A program made the translations under genes and the position numbers. The notes beneath the pieces are model-generated. The model was not told the origin of the DNA. It saw only the letters and a program-made list of their open reading frames with translations, and did no database searches. From the NCBI GenBank assembly GCA_021809755.1, contig JAJZJZ010000001.1:24204-88203 (forward strand): a stretch of 64,000 nt of DNA. Direction: 5' to 3'. Shown in pieces: positions 38,350 through 48,871 of the stretch. The DNA is from Thermoplasmata archaeon. GTDB taxonomy: Archaea; Thermoplasmatota; Thermoplasmata; Thermoplasmatales; Thermoplasmataceae. How positions within the stretch are numbered: position 1 is the first letter of the stretch; the number at the start of each line of letters is the position of its first letter.

Positions 38350-39072
38350 ATGATAGATCTGTTAAGGGAATCGCTTTCAGGAAAACTTGTTGTGGTAAAT
38401 GGAGTAGGTGCAGGCCAGGGGATGTCTACTATTAGGGCCTTTATAAATTGCGGAGCTAAGGTAGTGATCATCTCCAGATCCGGGGATACATATGGTTTAA
38501 CCGAAACATCCCAAATTAGAGCTTTTAAATGTGATGCATCTGATCCGATGACGTTAAAGGAAACTGCTAAAAAAATTTTTTCAGAAATGGGGGAACCTGA
38601 TTTTTTAATAAACAATATAGGAAAATGGTATGGTGGAAACGAACTTGAAGATGAAGCAACTTTTTTGGATATGCTGAAGTTCAACACTTCTTCTCAATAT
38701 AATGCCATATACGCATTTCTACCTTATATGAAAAACAGAGGAGGGGCTATCGTCAACATCGGTGCGTCAGGAGCATTGAGGGAGGCAAGCAGTGTTTCAT
38801 ATTCAACATCAAAGTATGCAATTGAAGAAATGACACGAATCCTCGCATTAAGACTGAAGAAATATAACATAAGAGTAAATTCAATAAAACCAGGTAGTGT
38901 TATTAAAGAAGACACATTCTTTAACGTTTTTCCATTCAAATTTGCAGAAATTTCAGAAGATAAGGTTCTCCAACCTCTAGAGGTAGCATATATCTCACTT
39001 TTCCTTTGCAGTAAACTGGCCCAGTCCATAACAGGGCAATCAATCACTGCTGACCGTGGCACCAGTCTTTAA
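38350..39072 (+). CDS. short-chain dehydrogenase/reductase (SDR) family oxidoreductase
   Basis: Degenerate N-terminal glycine motif VVNGVGAGQGMS, NIGA, catalytic YSTSKYAIE (YxxxK). 240 aa. Confidence 0.75.
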   Translation: MIDLLRESLSGKLVVVNGVGAGQGMSTIRAFINCGAKVVIISRSGDTYGLTETSQIRAFKCDASDPMTLKETAKKIFSEMGEPDFLINNIGKWYGGNELEDEATFLDMLKFNTSSQYNAIYAFLPYMKNRGGAIVNIGASGALREASSVSYSTSKYAIEEMTRILALRLKKYNIRVNSIKPGSVIKEDTFFNVFPFKFAEISEDKVLQPLEVAYISLFLCSKLAQSITGQSITADRGTSL

Positions 39073-39145
39073 ACTATATGATGTCTATGCGAAGAGCCTA
39101 AAACGTATAGGCAAACATTCTTTTAAGAAATTGTAATGCTAAATT

Positions 39146-40696
39146 ATGGGCTTTGAAAACGAATCAACGTTTGTAAAAATGGCAAAGAAAGGGAAGCAAC
39201 AGGAATTCAACAGAATGTATGAGGACGCATTAAAAAATGTAACAAAACACTTGGGTCAGGAGTATCCTAACATTATAGGAAAAAATGTATTGGAAAAAGA
39301 AAAAATCCAAGAGATAAGCCCAATAGATGGGAGCACAATTGGAACTTTTCAATCTGCGACAAAGGCATCAGTAGATTCTGCTCTTGAAATGTTAAAAGGA
39401 TCCTACAGAAACTGGTTTTCACTGGGATACGTGAAACGATCAGAAATTTTTATGAAGGCTGCTGATGAACTGAGCAAGAGAAAATTTGAATTATCTGCCA
39501 TATTGGCTTATGAGAATGGTAAGACGAGGGCAGAAGCCGTGGCCGATCTTGATGAAGGCATAGATTTTCTTAGATACTATTCCCTTAACCTCATAGAAAA
39601 TCAGGGTTTCATAAGATTTACAGGAAAAGGTTATGACAATGAAGAAAGCCAGAGCGTAATGAAACCTTATGGCGTTTTTGCGGTAATTGCACCTTTCAAT
39701 TTTTATGCAATAACAGTGGGAATGGTTTGTGGTCCCCTCATAACCGGAAATGCAGTAATATTTAAACCTTCAAGCAACCTTCTTATTTCATCACACATCT
39801 TCGTCAATATACTCTATGATGCTGGGGTTCCAAAGGAGGTGCTCGCATTTGTATCCGGAAGGGGGAGTGTCATTGGTCCATATATAGTCTCCAACAAGCA
39901 TGTATCAGGAGTCCTATTTACGGGTTCAAGGGATGCAGGGATGGATATATTTAGAAGAGCCAATGAAGCCCATCCAAAGGTAGTAATAACAGAAATGGGT
40001 GGAAAAGATGCAATAATCGTGACAGATAAGGCAAACATTCAGAAAGCAGTAAATGGAGTTTACAGGGCATCATTTGGTTATTCAGGTCAGAAGTGTAGTG
40101 CATGTTCAATTGCATATATTCAGAGTGGAGTATATGACAAATTCAAGGATCAACTATTAGACCTGGTCAAAAAGACGGTTCCGGGAGACCCAAGAAATGT
40201 TGAGACATACTTGGGTCCGGTTATAAATGAGGAAGCTTTGAATAAATATAAAAAATCAATGGAGATCATTAGGAAGGAATCCAAAGTCATCATCGGGGGC
40301 AAAGTGCTTGACAAAAAAGGATTCTATGTTGAACCGACCATAGTAGAAAATCCTGACGATGATTCATATGTGATCAAGAACGAACTGTTTCTTCCGGTAC
40401 TTGCAATAAAGAAGGTAAACTCACTCAAGGAGGCAGTAGAAAAGGTCAACGCCTCAGATTATGGTCTAACAGGAGGAATATTCACGGAAGACAGCGAGGA
40501 AATCCAGTATTATTTTGAAAATGCAGATGTTGGAGTCTTATATGCAAACAGAGAAAGAGGAGGCTCAACTGGAGCAATGGTAGGTTCCCAGCCCTTCGTT
40601 GGGTGGAAACTGAGTGGAATTAGCGGCAAAGGGACTGGTTCCTTTTACTATCTGCAGCAATTCCTCAGGGAGCAATCTCAGACGATTGCTCACTGA
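39146..40696 (+). CDS. rocA: aldehyde dehydrogenase family, 1-pyrroline-5-carboxylate (glutamate semialdehyde) dehydrogenase-like
   Basis: ITEMGGKDAIIV (catalytic Glu), GYSGQKCSACS (catalytic Cys), FTGSRDAG. The 516-aa length matches RocA-type P5CDH. Confidence 0.75.
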   Translation: MGFENESTFVKMAKKGKQQEFNRMYEDALKNVTKHLGQEYPNIIGKNVLEKEKIQEISPIDGSTIGTFQSATKASVDSALEMLKGSYRNWFSLGYVKRSEIFMKAADELSKRKFELSAILAYENGKTRAEAVADLDEGIDFLRYYSLNLIENQGFIRFTGKGYDNEESQSVMKPYGVFAVIAPFNFYAITVGMVCGPLITGNAVIFKPSSNLLISSHIFVNILYDAGVPKEVLAFVSGRGSVIGPYIVSNKHVSGVLFTGSRDAGMDIFRRANEAHPKVVITEMGGKDAIIVTDKANIQKAVNGVYRASFGYSGQKCSACSIAYIQSGVYDKFKDQLLDLVKKTVPGDPRNVETYLGPVINEEALNKYKKSMEIIRKESKVIIGGKVLDKKGFYVEPTIVENPDDDSYVIKNELFLPVLAIKKVNSLKEAVEKVNASDYGLTGGIFTEDSEEIQYYFENADVGVLYANRERGGSTGAMVGSQPFVGWKLSGISGKGTGSFYYLQQFLREQSQTIAH

Positions 40697-41351
40697 TAAT
40701 TTCCTTCACTTCTTTCCAATTTTTCCTATTTTCAAAATCTATTTTCAAGGCTCTGGAGAGTCTCTCTCCAATTACCTTTTTTGCATGATCGATTGGTAAT
40801 ATGTTGTTCTGCGACATTTCTTTACACGATGTCATTATTTCAGGGTTGAAACCACATGGATTTATTCGAAGAAACCCGCTTAGATCATTAACATAATTCA
40901 GCGCAGTTCCATGGAGGCTGGCGTTTCCTTTTAAGGCAAGTCCAGTGGAACAGATCTTCTTGTCTCCAACCCAGATACCGGTCTCAGATCCCATTCTGCT
41001 TTCGCCTTTGATACCCAGTTCCTTAAGAAATTCTATCAATTCATTATGGATTACACCAATGAGGCTTTTCGCGTTCAAATTCAAACTTTTTAAATTTAAA
41101 ATGAAATAAGACACTATTTGCCCTGGATTGTGGTATGTTATCCCCCCACCTCTCTCAACCATTCTTATATTTTGGCCAATAGAGACTAGTCCCTTATCTT
41201 TGTGGATCCCGCAGGTATATACATCCTCATGTTCAAGAACCAGGATTGCTCCTTCCAACTCATTTTCATTTACCTTTTCATTTAGCTTTCTTTGAGTAAT
41301 TAAGGCATCATCATAATCGACAATGCCCTCAATTGATACAAAGCTCTTCAT
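40665..41351 (-). CDS. lipB: octanoyltransferase (lipoyl(octanoyl) transferase) LipB
   Basis: RGGGITYHNPGQIVSY and KICSTGLALK motifs. The 3' end overlaps the convergent ALDH gene by 32 nt. Confidence 0.8.
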   Translation of the reverse strand: MKSFVSIEGIVDYDDALITQRKLNEKVNENELEGAILVLEHEDVYTCGIHKDKGLVSIGQNIRMVERGGGITYHNPGQIVSYFILNLKSLNLNAKSLIGVIHNELIEFLKELGIKGESRMGSETGIWVGDKKICSTGLALKGNASLHGTALNYVNDLSGFLRINPCGFNPEIMTSCKEMSQNNILPIDHAKKVIGERLSRALKIDFENRKNWKEVKEIISEQSSEIAP

Positions 41352-43219
41352 CTAAGGTCAGATTCTAGTCTCGACTTTAGATCGTAAAATCTCTCCCAAA
41401 GTTTCTCTGGGAATCTCTCCCCGAAAGACTCGAAGAATGGCTTTACCTGATCAAGTTCATTAAGAAATCCCTTTGAATCGACTTTTAGCAGTTCCTGGAT
41501 CCTTTCAGCTGTTATCTCTTTTCCATAATTAAACTGAGAAATATCTGGAACATACCCAATGGGGGTTTTTATTACCTTAGTGATTTTATTCATAGCACGC
41601 CCCAAAACCCATTCCACTGCGTGCATATTGTATGTATATCCTGGCCATATGAACTTCCCATTTTCATCTTTTCTGAACCAGTTAACATTGAAAACAAGGG
41701 GGAGATTTTGAACCTTTCCTTTGAAAGAAAGGTGATAGTTAAAGTAATCAGCCATGTTATATGCCATGAACGGCCTCATAGCCATGGGGTCATTTCTAAG
41801 AACTCCAACTTTACCTGTTGATGCAGCGGTTGTTTCTACCCTTTGCATCGCCCCCACAAGTACCCCGTCCTCCCAGTCAAAGGATTGGTAAATCAAAGGC
41901 AACAGGTCACTTCTTCTTCCACCGTAAAGAAAAGCAGATACGGGAACACCATGGGGGTTCTCATAATCTTTTGAAAGTCTGGGATATTGACTTATTGGTG
42001 TAGTGAATCTTGAGTTTGGGTGAGCAACGGGACTCTTTCCATCCCATGGATTACCCTGCCAGTCAATGAGATTTTTTGGAGGATCAGACTTTCCTTCCCA
42101 AAATGGAATCCTGTCTTGGTCAATTCCAACATTTGTAAATATAGTATTTTCTTTTATTGCAGTCATTGCATTTGGATTGGTCTTTTCACTTGTATGTGGT
42201 ATTACTCCAAAAAACCCATTCTCAGGATTTATGCCCCTGAGCTGACCATTATGTACATTCATCCAAGTTATGTCATCACTCATAAGATAGGTACTCCATC
42301 CTTCCCGTTTGTAATCTTCCGGGGGCTCAAGCATTGCAAGATTTGTCTTTCCGCTTGAGCTTGGGAATGCACCGGTAATATATGTGATTTCACCATCTGG
42401 CGATCTTATTCCAATCAACATCATGTGCTCAGCGAGCCATCCATTTGCCCTTGATTCAAAAGAAGCAATTCGAAGAGCGTGGCATTTCTTACTTAGCAGG
42501 GCATTTCCCCCATAATTTGTATTAATGCTTGCAATTAGACCATCTCCCATATTTTCATAGGGAAAATGCATAATGTATCTCTGATCCGGATTAAGATCTC
42601 CTGTAGCATGGAGACCAACAACGCACTTTCCGCTTTTTCCGATTTCGTCAATTGCCGAATCGCCTATTCTTGTAATTATTGCCAAATTCAATACAACATA
42701 AGGGCTGTCAGTAAGTTCTATTCCGCCTCTAGCATAAGGTGAATTAAATGGCCCGAGCCAGTAAGGAACTATATACAACTTTTTTCCTTTCATTGAACCG
42801 TCGTAGAGTTTCAGAATTTTACCGAGGGCTTCTTCACTATGCATCCAGTTGTTTGTAGGACCCACGTCATCTTTGTTCCCCGCTGTGCAGACAAATGTAT
42901 CCTTTTCACTGCGCGCCACATCCTTAGGTGAACTTCTGTGTAAAAAGGAATTCTTATAATGGTTTGGATTCAATTCAATAAGTAAATTTTGGGATAAGAG
43001 GATCTTTTCCATGGCTCTTATTTGTGATGCTTCTCCTGTCACCACTTCATAAGAAGTTGCCCCGGTAATACCCATGAAATCTGATATGTATGATATAATC
43101 CTATTTCCCAATTCAGGGTTTATTTTTAGTACTCTCTTCATCGAATCGTCTTCTGAAATTTCCTTCGTAATTTTCTTTAACAGATCACTTGAAAAATTTT
43201 CATTTTCATAACTGAGCAT
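41348..43219 (-). CDS. pckG: phosphoenolpyruvate carboxykinase (GTP)
   Basis: Kinase-1a P-loop FPSSSGKTNLAML and NWFRKDENGKFIWPGY. 623 aa. Confidence 0.9.
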   Translation of the reverse strand: MLSYENENFSSDLLKKITKEISEDDSMKRVLKINPELGNRIISYISDFMGITGATSYEVVTGEASQIRAMEKILLSQNLLIELNPNHYKNSFLHRSSPKDVARSEKDTFVCTAGNKDDVGPTNNWMHSEEALGKILKLYDGSMKGKKLYIVPYWLGPFNSPYARGGIELTDSPYVVLNLAIITRIGDSAIDEIGKSGKCVVGLHATGDLNPDQRYIMHFPYENMGDGLIASINTNYGGNALLSKKCHALRIASFESRANGWLAEHMMLIGIRSPDGEITYITGAFPSSSGKTNLAMLEPPEDYKREGWSTYLMSDDITWMNVHNGQLRGINPENGFFGVIPHTSEKTNPNAMTAIKENTIFTNVGIDQDRIPFWEGKSDPPKNLIDWQGNPWDGKSPVAHPNSRFTTPISQYPRLSKDYENPHGVPVSAFLYGGRRSDLLPLIYQSFDWEDGVLVGAMQRVETTAASTGKVGVLRNDPMAMRPFMAYNMADYFNYHLSFKGKVQNLPLVFNVNWFRKDENGKFIWPGYTYNMHAVEWVLGRAMNKITKVIKTPIGYVPDISQFNYGKEITAERIQELLKVDSKGFLNELDQVKPFFESFGERFPEKLWERFYDLKSRLESDLR

Positions 43220-43385
43220 GAAATCACACTTCTTAATTGAAAATTATTCATAATATAAAGATATTGGGTGAATTTTTAGAGAAAGTTACAATAAACACAT
43301 ATTCTCTTCAGAGCTAACAATGAAACAAATATCTGTTTCTTTAAACCTTTGTCAAATTTAAATAGTATAACGCACATTAGGGGAA

Positions 43386-44162
43386 TTGAACATGCCCAAA
43401 TCCAAGGATATAAATCTGAAGGAAATAGCTGTATTATCAAAAATAAGTCACGGTGAGAGGAGCATAGCTAAAATTTCAAGAGAACTATCCATAACAATAC
43501 AAGGAGTGAGGTATTATATCCAAAATTTTTTGGAAAATGGTTTTATTACAGAGAAAGTTGAAATTACGAACTCAGGAGTTGAATTTCTCAGAAAAAATCT
43601 GGAGTGGATTAAGAATTTCCTTATGGATGACATTGATGACCTATATTCTGGAACAAAATGGGAAGCAATTAGTGACAGTTTTCTCACGAAAGGAGACATT
43701 GTTTCTCTATATATGAAGGATGGTTATCTACATGCCAGGTATGGAAATTCAGGGCCAGCAACAGCAATAGCCACAACAGATGCAAAGTTAGGGGAGGCAA
43801 TATTACTAACAAATTTGGAAGGTATAATCTCAATAATACCTGGAAAGATTAGAATTTATTACATTCCTGAAAACAAAATAGGAGATATAGAACCACTGAT
43901 CAAGTCAATGAAACAAATCATTGAAGAATCGAACGGGGCTTTAATAGGCATTATTGGAGAATCTGCGAAAACACTTTTAATGGAAACAGGGAACTATTCT
44001 TTGGTTGAGTTTTCAGCGTTGGAGGCAGCTTTTGAAGCAGCAGTTAGGGGGAAAGACGCCATGGTTGTAGTATCAGAATTCAGAATGGGTTTCCTTTTCG
44101 ACACATTAAAGCTTTTCAAACTAAAATATAAGGATGTTAAGATAGAGATTATCTCTCTGTAA
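43386..44162 (+). CDS. putative HTH transcription regulator with uncharacterised C-terminal domain
   Basis: N-terminus LKEIAVLSKISHGERSIAKISRELSITIQGVRYYIQNFLENGFI is wHTH-like. The listed start is TTG 43386, and ATG 43392 is the likelier start. Confidence 0.45.
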   Translation: MNMPKSKDINLKEIAVLSKISHGERSIAKISRELSITIQGVRYYIQNFLENGFITEKVEITNSGVEFLRKNLEWIKNFLMDDIDDLYSGTKWEAISDSFLTKGDIVSLYMKDGYLHARYGNSGPATAIATTDAKLGEAILLTNLEGIISIIPGKIRIYYIPENKIGDIEPLIKSMKQIIEESNGALIGIIGESAKTLLMETGNYSLVEFSALEAAFEAAVRGKDAMVVVSEFRMGFLFDTLKLFKLKYKDVKIEIISL

Positions 44163-44229
44163 ACGGCTAAATAGGCTCATTTTATTTATTATAATTCTTT
44201 TTCAGTTATTTACATATATAATATTATTA

Positions 44230-44247
44230 ATATACAATATTGTATAT
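44230..44247. promoter_or_regulatory. perfect 18-bp palindrome ATATACAATATTGTATAT upstream of speH
   Basis: Read directly. It is also flanked by TACATATA (44211-44218) and its reverse complement TATATGTA (44243-44250). It lies between the HTH regulator stop (44162) and the speH ATG (44379). Confidence 0.35.
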
Positions 44248-44378
44248 GTAGATACCTATGAATGTATACCATTACTATTTTTAATGCCACATTAAAATGA
44301 CACTCAATGAGAAAATAAAATATTTAAATAATAAAAAATTATTATCCTTTTAGAGGAATGGGATAAAAATGGAGGACG

Positions 44379-44777
44379 ATGAAAGTGGCCGTGGGCGTAC
44401 ACATACTTTCGGATATGTATGGAGTAAGCCCAAATCTAATTGAGAGAAAAGAACCGATAGGGCAAATAGTTGAAGAAGCAGTGAGAGTTGGTGGGCTGAC
44501 AAAGATATCTTCAGATTTCTATCAGTTTGATCCAATAGGTGCAAGTGGAATTATACTCCTTGCTGAATCGCATTTGTCTTTTCACACTTGGCCCGAGCAT
44601 GGTTTGGTCACTCTTGATCTATATACTTGTGGAGATCCTTCAAAGGCAGAGATAGCCTACGAATATATTCTTGAAAACCTGATGCCCACTTCTGTTAGTA
44701 CTAAAAGAATAGAAAGGGGTCAGATGATTGGGGAGAACATGAATACAATACAAAGCGATCATCCAATCCTCGCCTGA
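44379..44777 (+). CDS. speH: S-adenosylmethionine decarboxylase proenzyme (SpeH/SpeD small type)
   Basis: LLAESHLSFHTWPEHG...DLYTCG contains the self-processing E-S site and conserved flanks. 132 aa. Confidence 0.85.
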   Translation: MKVAVGVHILSDMYGVSPNLIERKEPIGQIVEEAVRVGGLTKISSDFYQFDPIGASGIILLAESHLSFHTWPEHGLVTLDLYTCGDPSKAEIAYEYILENLMPTSVSTKRIERGQMIGENMNTIQSDHPILA

Positions 44778-45712
44778 TGACATTCAAAAACAAACTCGGC
44801 CTAATAATTCTATTAATTTTTTCAATATTATTTACTTTCATTAAATTAAGTTTTTACATTGTAATTGGAGGCTTTGTTCTAACAATAATCTCATTTGCAA
44901 TAGGAGGAGACCTATTTGTGGACGAGGCCATCGGACTGGGAACAAAATTAGGTCTTACCAGAATGCAGACTGGGGCCACATTTCTATCTTTTTTTTCCAT
45001 AATAGATGAAATATTTGTAGTCTTAAATTCATCACTAAGGGGTTATTCATCAATTTCATTTGGAGCTGTTGAAGGATCAAATCTTGTTGCAATGTTGTTT
45101 CTTCTCATATCGGTTATCGTATTAGGAATTTCTATTAAAAGGGAATTCTCATTTGAGTTGGCAATGATGACAATTTTAATGCTTATACTTCTTCTGTTCT
45201 CATTCTACTACTCATCAATATCCATCTTATTGGCAGTTATCCTCACAATTATCTTTATTATTTATCTTGCAAGAATTACCAAGCACAAGGGAACTTTGGA
45301 GATTCAGCAATATAATTATAGTTTAATGATTTTTGTTGTTTCTGGATTTTTAGTCTACTTTGCATCACAAAACGTCGTTACCATATCAAATTATTTCTAC
45401 GTCTCATTAGGTAACAATTTGTTCTTTTGGGGGATGATAATTGCCGGAGTTTCAGGTTCAATCCCTGAGGGTATAATGTTCTTGATTTCATTGAAAAGGA
45501 ATGAGACAGATTCTGCATTAGGTTTGATATTGTCTTCAACAATTTATAAGGGAACAATCCTTGTTGTCGTCGCTACGCTAATAACACCTGTGTATTTTAA
45601 AGGGAGCAGGTACACAATCTTAGCCTTATTAGGCATTTCCGTATTTATGTTAGTTTATGTATTCTTGAGGGGAGTAAAATATAGAAATCAGAAAGAACTC
45701 ATTACGCTTTAG
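44777..45712 (+). CDS. polytopic membrane protein, CaCA (Na+/Ca2+ exchanger)-like
   Basis: About 10 TM segments with two alpha-repeat-like stretches (GGDLFVDEAIGLGTKLGL...SIIDEIFVV and GVSGSIPEGIMFLIS). The ATG overlaps the speH stop by 1 nt. Confidence 0.4.
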   Translation: MTFKNKLGLIILLIFSILFTFIKLSFYIVIGGFVLTIISFAIGGDLFVDEAIGLGTKLGLTRMQTGATFLSFFSIIDEIFVVLNSSLRGYSSISFGAVEGSNLVAMLFLLISVIVLGISIKREFSFELAMMTILMLILLLFSFYYSSISILLAVILTIIFIIYLARITKHKGTLEIQQYNYSLMIFVVSGFLVYFASQNVVTISNYFYVSLGNNLFFWGMIIAGVSGSIPEGIMFLISLKRNETDSALGLILSSTIYKGTILVVVATLITPVYFKGSRYTILALLGISVFMLVYVFLRGVKYRNQKELITL

Positions 45713-47456
45713 TTCCCCAGAATTTGTTCTCCTTTCTCTTTATTTTAATTATTTCTTCAAGAGCCTTCATAGTAGCTTCGTCCATTGGTCTTAACCTTAA
45801 TACTTTAACAGTTTCTTCGGATATATCTGTAAAAATTGGCTCATCAGGAAAGATCTGTCTGTTCAATGTCACTCCTTCGATGGCAACAGCTACTTCTGAT
45901 GGAGCTTCTGCAAATTTCTTCGAGAGTTCACCTTCCCTTATGCTCTTAATGGTGCCTGCATATCTTCCATCTTCACGTATTAAGTTGTCGCCAACCTTAA
46001 TTCTTCCCCCTTCTATTTTAACTCCAACTATAACAGGTTTGTTTGCTCTAAATATATATTCTGGAATAATTTTGAATCTGGAAGGAACAGACATACCTTT
46101 TTTTCTTTCCTCCTCAATTTCCTTTTTCCGGTTATTAATCCACTCCTCGCATTGTTGAACTAGTGAATAGATTATACCTCCATTTATAACTCCAACATCC
46201 TGATTTAGAAGTACGTCCTTTGCTTCTGGAAGAATATCAACATTAAAACCAAGAATTATGCGATCAAGTGGTTCCTGCAAGGTTGCCACATCTATGACAT
46301 CTCTCCTTGATATGAGACCAATCTGTGCATTTCTAATTTTGATGCCTTTCTCTGAAAGTTCGTATGCTATGGCTTCAAGCGACCCTAAAGTATCGGCCCT
46401 TAATGTTACTCCATGCTCGGAAAGATCAATAGATACTGCCGTTTCCTTCAAGATCTCCTCATAGGCTTCTCTCTCATCGTTTTCAATTTCAATAAGCGGT
46501 GATCCAGGGATGGCGTTTAGTTTATCAGATATTAGTATTCGTACTCCTGAAGCCGACTTAACTTTGTCCACTTCGACAATCTTCGAGCTGTTTGTTCTTT
46601 GATTGAGGAATAGGGCTTTTATCTTTGTTTTTGTTGGCCCCTCTCTTGTATTGAGAGCAACCAAAGCCCCCTTTCTTAGTTCACCTTGATAAAGTATGGA
46701 ATCAAGAATATTTCCCAGTGACTCTTCCTTTTTTACCTCCATGATAGTAGCTCTGGCGGCGCCATCCTTCCTAGAAATGGACTCCTCAAGAAATTTTTGT
46801 GCAAGTCCAGCAAGAATTAGCAGTATATCCTGAATTCCAGTCTTATTTTTGGCACTTACAGGAATTATGGCCACAGTTTTTGAGAAATCTGTGATCCGAT
46901 CGTATCTTTCTGATGGGAATCCAAAGGAATATAATGAATTCACAACTTTGTATATCTTCTCATCAAGAATATTTTTAAATTCTTCTCTCTGGGCAGCCAA
47001 GAAAGTCTTGAAGGAAGAATCTTTCACGGGGATTGCAAAATCTATGAGATCTACCTTATTGGCTGCAATGATGAAAGGAGTTTTGAATTTTTTTAAAATA
47101 TTTATTGATTCTTCAGTTTGAGGTTTAATTCCCTCATTGATATCAATAACAAGGATTGCAATATCTGCCAGTGCTCCGCCCCTTGATCTCATATTTGAAA
47201 AAGCAACATGTCCCGGGGTATCAACAAAAAGAAGTCCGGGAATTGTAAAAATGGATTTGGAACCTGTCTGTTGTGCTATTTTCTTAATCCTTGTAATATC
47301 TATCTCGGTGGCACCAATTCTCTGGGTAATTCCACCCTCCTCCTTTTTAGCAAAGGATGTTCCCCGAATAGAATCTAAGAGTGTTGTCTTTCCGTGGTCA
47401 ACATGACCAAGAACGCAAACTATTGGTTGCCTGAGCTCCCTGCCTTCGTTCTTCAT
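45702..47456 (-). CDS. infB: translation initiation factor aIF5B (IF2 homologue)
   Basis: GTPase motifs VLGHVDHGKTTLLD, DTPGH, NKVD. 584 aa. Downstream of ndk in the conserved cluster. Confidence 0.9.
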   Translation of the reverse strand: MKNEGRELRQPIVCVLGHVDHGKTTLLDSIRGTSFAKKEEGGITQRIGATEIDITRIKKIAQQTGSKSIFTIPGLLFVDTPGHVAFSNMRSRGGALADIAILVIDINEGIKPQTEESINILKKFKTPFIIAANKVDLIDFAIPVKDSSFKTFLAAQREEFKNILDEKIYKVVNSLYSFGFPSERYDRITDFSKTVAIIPVSAKNKTGIQDILLILAGLAQKFLEESISRKDGAARATIMEVKKEESLGNILDSILYQGELRKGALVALNTREGPTKTKIKALFLNQRTNSSKIVEVDKVKSASGVRILISDKLNAIPGSPLIEIENDEREAYEEILKETAVSIDLSEHGVTLRADTLGSLEAIAYELSEKGIKIRNAQIGLISRRDVIDVATLQEPLDRIILGFNVDILPEAKDVLLNQDVGVINGGIIYSLVQQCEEWINNRKKEIEEERKKGMSVPSRFKIIPEYIFRANKPVIVGVKIEGGRIKVGDNLIREDGRYAGTIKSIREGELSKKFAEAPSEVAVAIEGVTLNRQIFPDEPIFTDISEETVKVLRLRPMDEATMKALEEIIKIKRKENKFWGTKA

Positions 47457-47459
47457 TTC

Positions 47460-47915
47460 TCAAAATAGAACCTCATCACCGTACTGGAAAGGTAACAATT
47501 CATTGGTCTTGAAAAATATTGAGAATTCATGTTGATAAGACTCTGCTGAATCGGACGCGTGTATGATGTTCTTTTCTATGCTGATAGAGTAATCGCCTCG
47601 AATGGTTCCAGGAGATGCCTTGCTTCCGTCAGTTGTACCACAAATTGTTCTCACAACAGATATGGCGTTGTTCCCCTCAAATACAATTGCAACAATAGGG
47701 CTGGAAGTAATATAGTTCACAAGATCTGCAAAAAATGGTTTGCCCTTATGAACCGCGTAATGTTTTTCAGCTTCTTCTTTAGATAGCTGAAGCATTTTAA
47801 GACCAAGGATCTTAAGACCTTTTAGCTCAAATCTCCTAATAATTTCTCCTGCAAGCCTTCTTTTTAATCCATCCGGCTTAATGAGTACTAGTGTCCTTTC
47901 CTGCATTTCACTCAC
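47460..47915 (-). CDS. ndk: nucleoside diphosphate kinase
   Basis: [11 protein letters not shown], and NIIHASDS containing the active-site His. Confidence 0.9.
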   Translation of the reverse strand: MSEMQERTLVLIKPDGLKRRLAGEIIRRFELKGLKILGLKMLQLSKEEAEKHYAVHKGKPFFADLVNYITSSPIVAIVFEGNNAISVVRTICGTTDGSKASPGTIRGDYSISIEKNIIHASDSAESYQHEFSIFFKTNELLPFQYGDEVLF

Positions 47916-48192
47916 TGCTTGCCGGGGTCTCTTGTACTGTCTCTGGAGCGGCTTCTACGGGAGTCTCTTCAACTGGAGGCTTTATTGAATCCTTTCTCAT
48001 CGCTTTGATAGTATGATACTCCTTTGTCCATTTTGTCCTTCTTGGAACTCTCTTTAGGTTTATCATATTTACCCTGCACTTTCTACTACAGAAATCAACT
48101 ATATTGCCACTTCTTCTTACATAAATTGTACCGGTTCCAGGTTCAATATTGGAACCACAAAATCCACAAGTTTTTATTGCCAATATTATCAC
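47908..48192 (-). CDS. rpl24e: 50S ribosomal protein L24e (eL24) with extended C-terminal tail
   Basis: Zinc-ribbon core [34 protein letters not shown], plus a Pro/Glu-rich tail [25 protein letters not shown]. Confidence 0.85.
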   Translation of the reverse strand: MIILAIKTCGFCGSNIEPGTGTIYVRRSGNIVDFCSRKCRVNMINLKRVPRRTKWTKEYHTIKAMRKDSIKPPVEETPVEAAPETVQETPASSE

Positions 48193-48398
48193 CGGATTGA
48201 GAGTTTTTTAGCTTCTCTGGCTGTTTCTCTTAGCATTAATATATCTCCAACCTTAACAGGACCCAGTACATTTCTGGCTATGATTCTACCCTGATCTCTT
48301 CCTGATAACACTCTAACCTTTACAGTTGTTGCTTCTCCGGTCATACCGGTTCTTCCCATTAATTCAACAACCTCTGCCTGTGTAGCTTCATCTGCCAC
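48189..48398 (-). CDS. rps28e: 30S ribosomal protein S28e
   Basis: [59 protein letters not shown] is a near-consensus S28e. Confidence 0.9.
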   Translation of the reverse strand: MADEATQAEVVELMGRTGMTGEATTVKVRVLSGRDQGRIIARNVLGPVKVGDILMLRETAREAKKLSIR

Positions 48399-48408
48399 TT
48401 AAGTCACC

Positions 48409-48795
48409 TTATTTCTTCAAAGAAACAAGTTCTGAAGTAATCTGCTTATAAAGCTCCTCATTTTTTCCATAGTCGGTAATAGATATGGAAGCAGCAGCTG
48501 AAATTCCAACTCTTGTACCTAGTTCGGATTTACTCTTAGCATATGCATAAGCTATCTTTCTCTCTTCACAGAGCATTGGAAGGTAATATACTACTTCTGG
48601 AGGTGTAACATCTTCTGCAATTATTACTATTTTACTTTCTCCCCTCTCAATAGACTTAATAACCTCGTTCGTGCCCTTCTTTATTTTTCCACTCCTGTAA
48701 CTATTCTCTACTAGATCAAGAATCTTCTTTTCGAGCGTCTCGGGAGTTTCGAATTTAACAAATGACTGTTTTTCCATTTTATTTTCCTCCTTCAC
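48409..48795 (-). CDS. rpl7ae: 50S ribosomal protein L7Ae (K-turn binding protein)
   Basis: KGTNEVIKSIERGESKIVIIAEDVTPPEVVYYLPMLCEERKIAYAY. The start could be the second ATG (MEKQSF). Confidence 0.9.
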   Translation of the reverse strand: MKEENKMEKQSFVKFETPETLEKKILDLVENSYRSGKIKKGTNEVIKSIERGESKIVIIAEDVTPPEVVYYLPMLCEERKIAYAYAKSKSELGTRVGISAAASISITDYGKNEELYKQITSELVSLKK

Positions 48796-48871
48796 TTTTT
48801 AGTATCACCTGAGCCTAAGACGCTATATATAGTTTTTTTAATCTGAAAAAATCAGTGAAATTATGCCTTTC

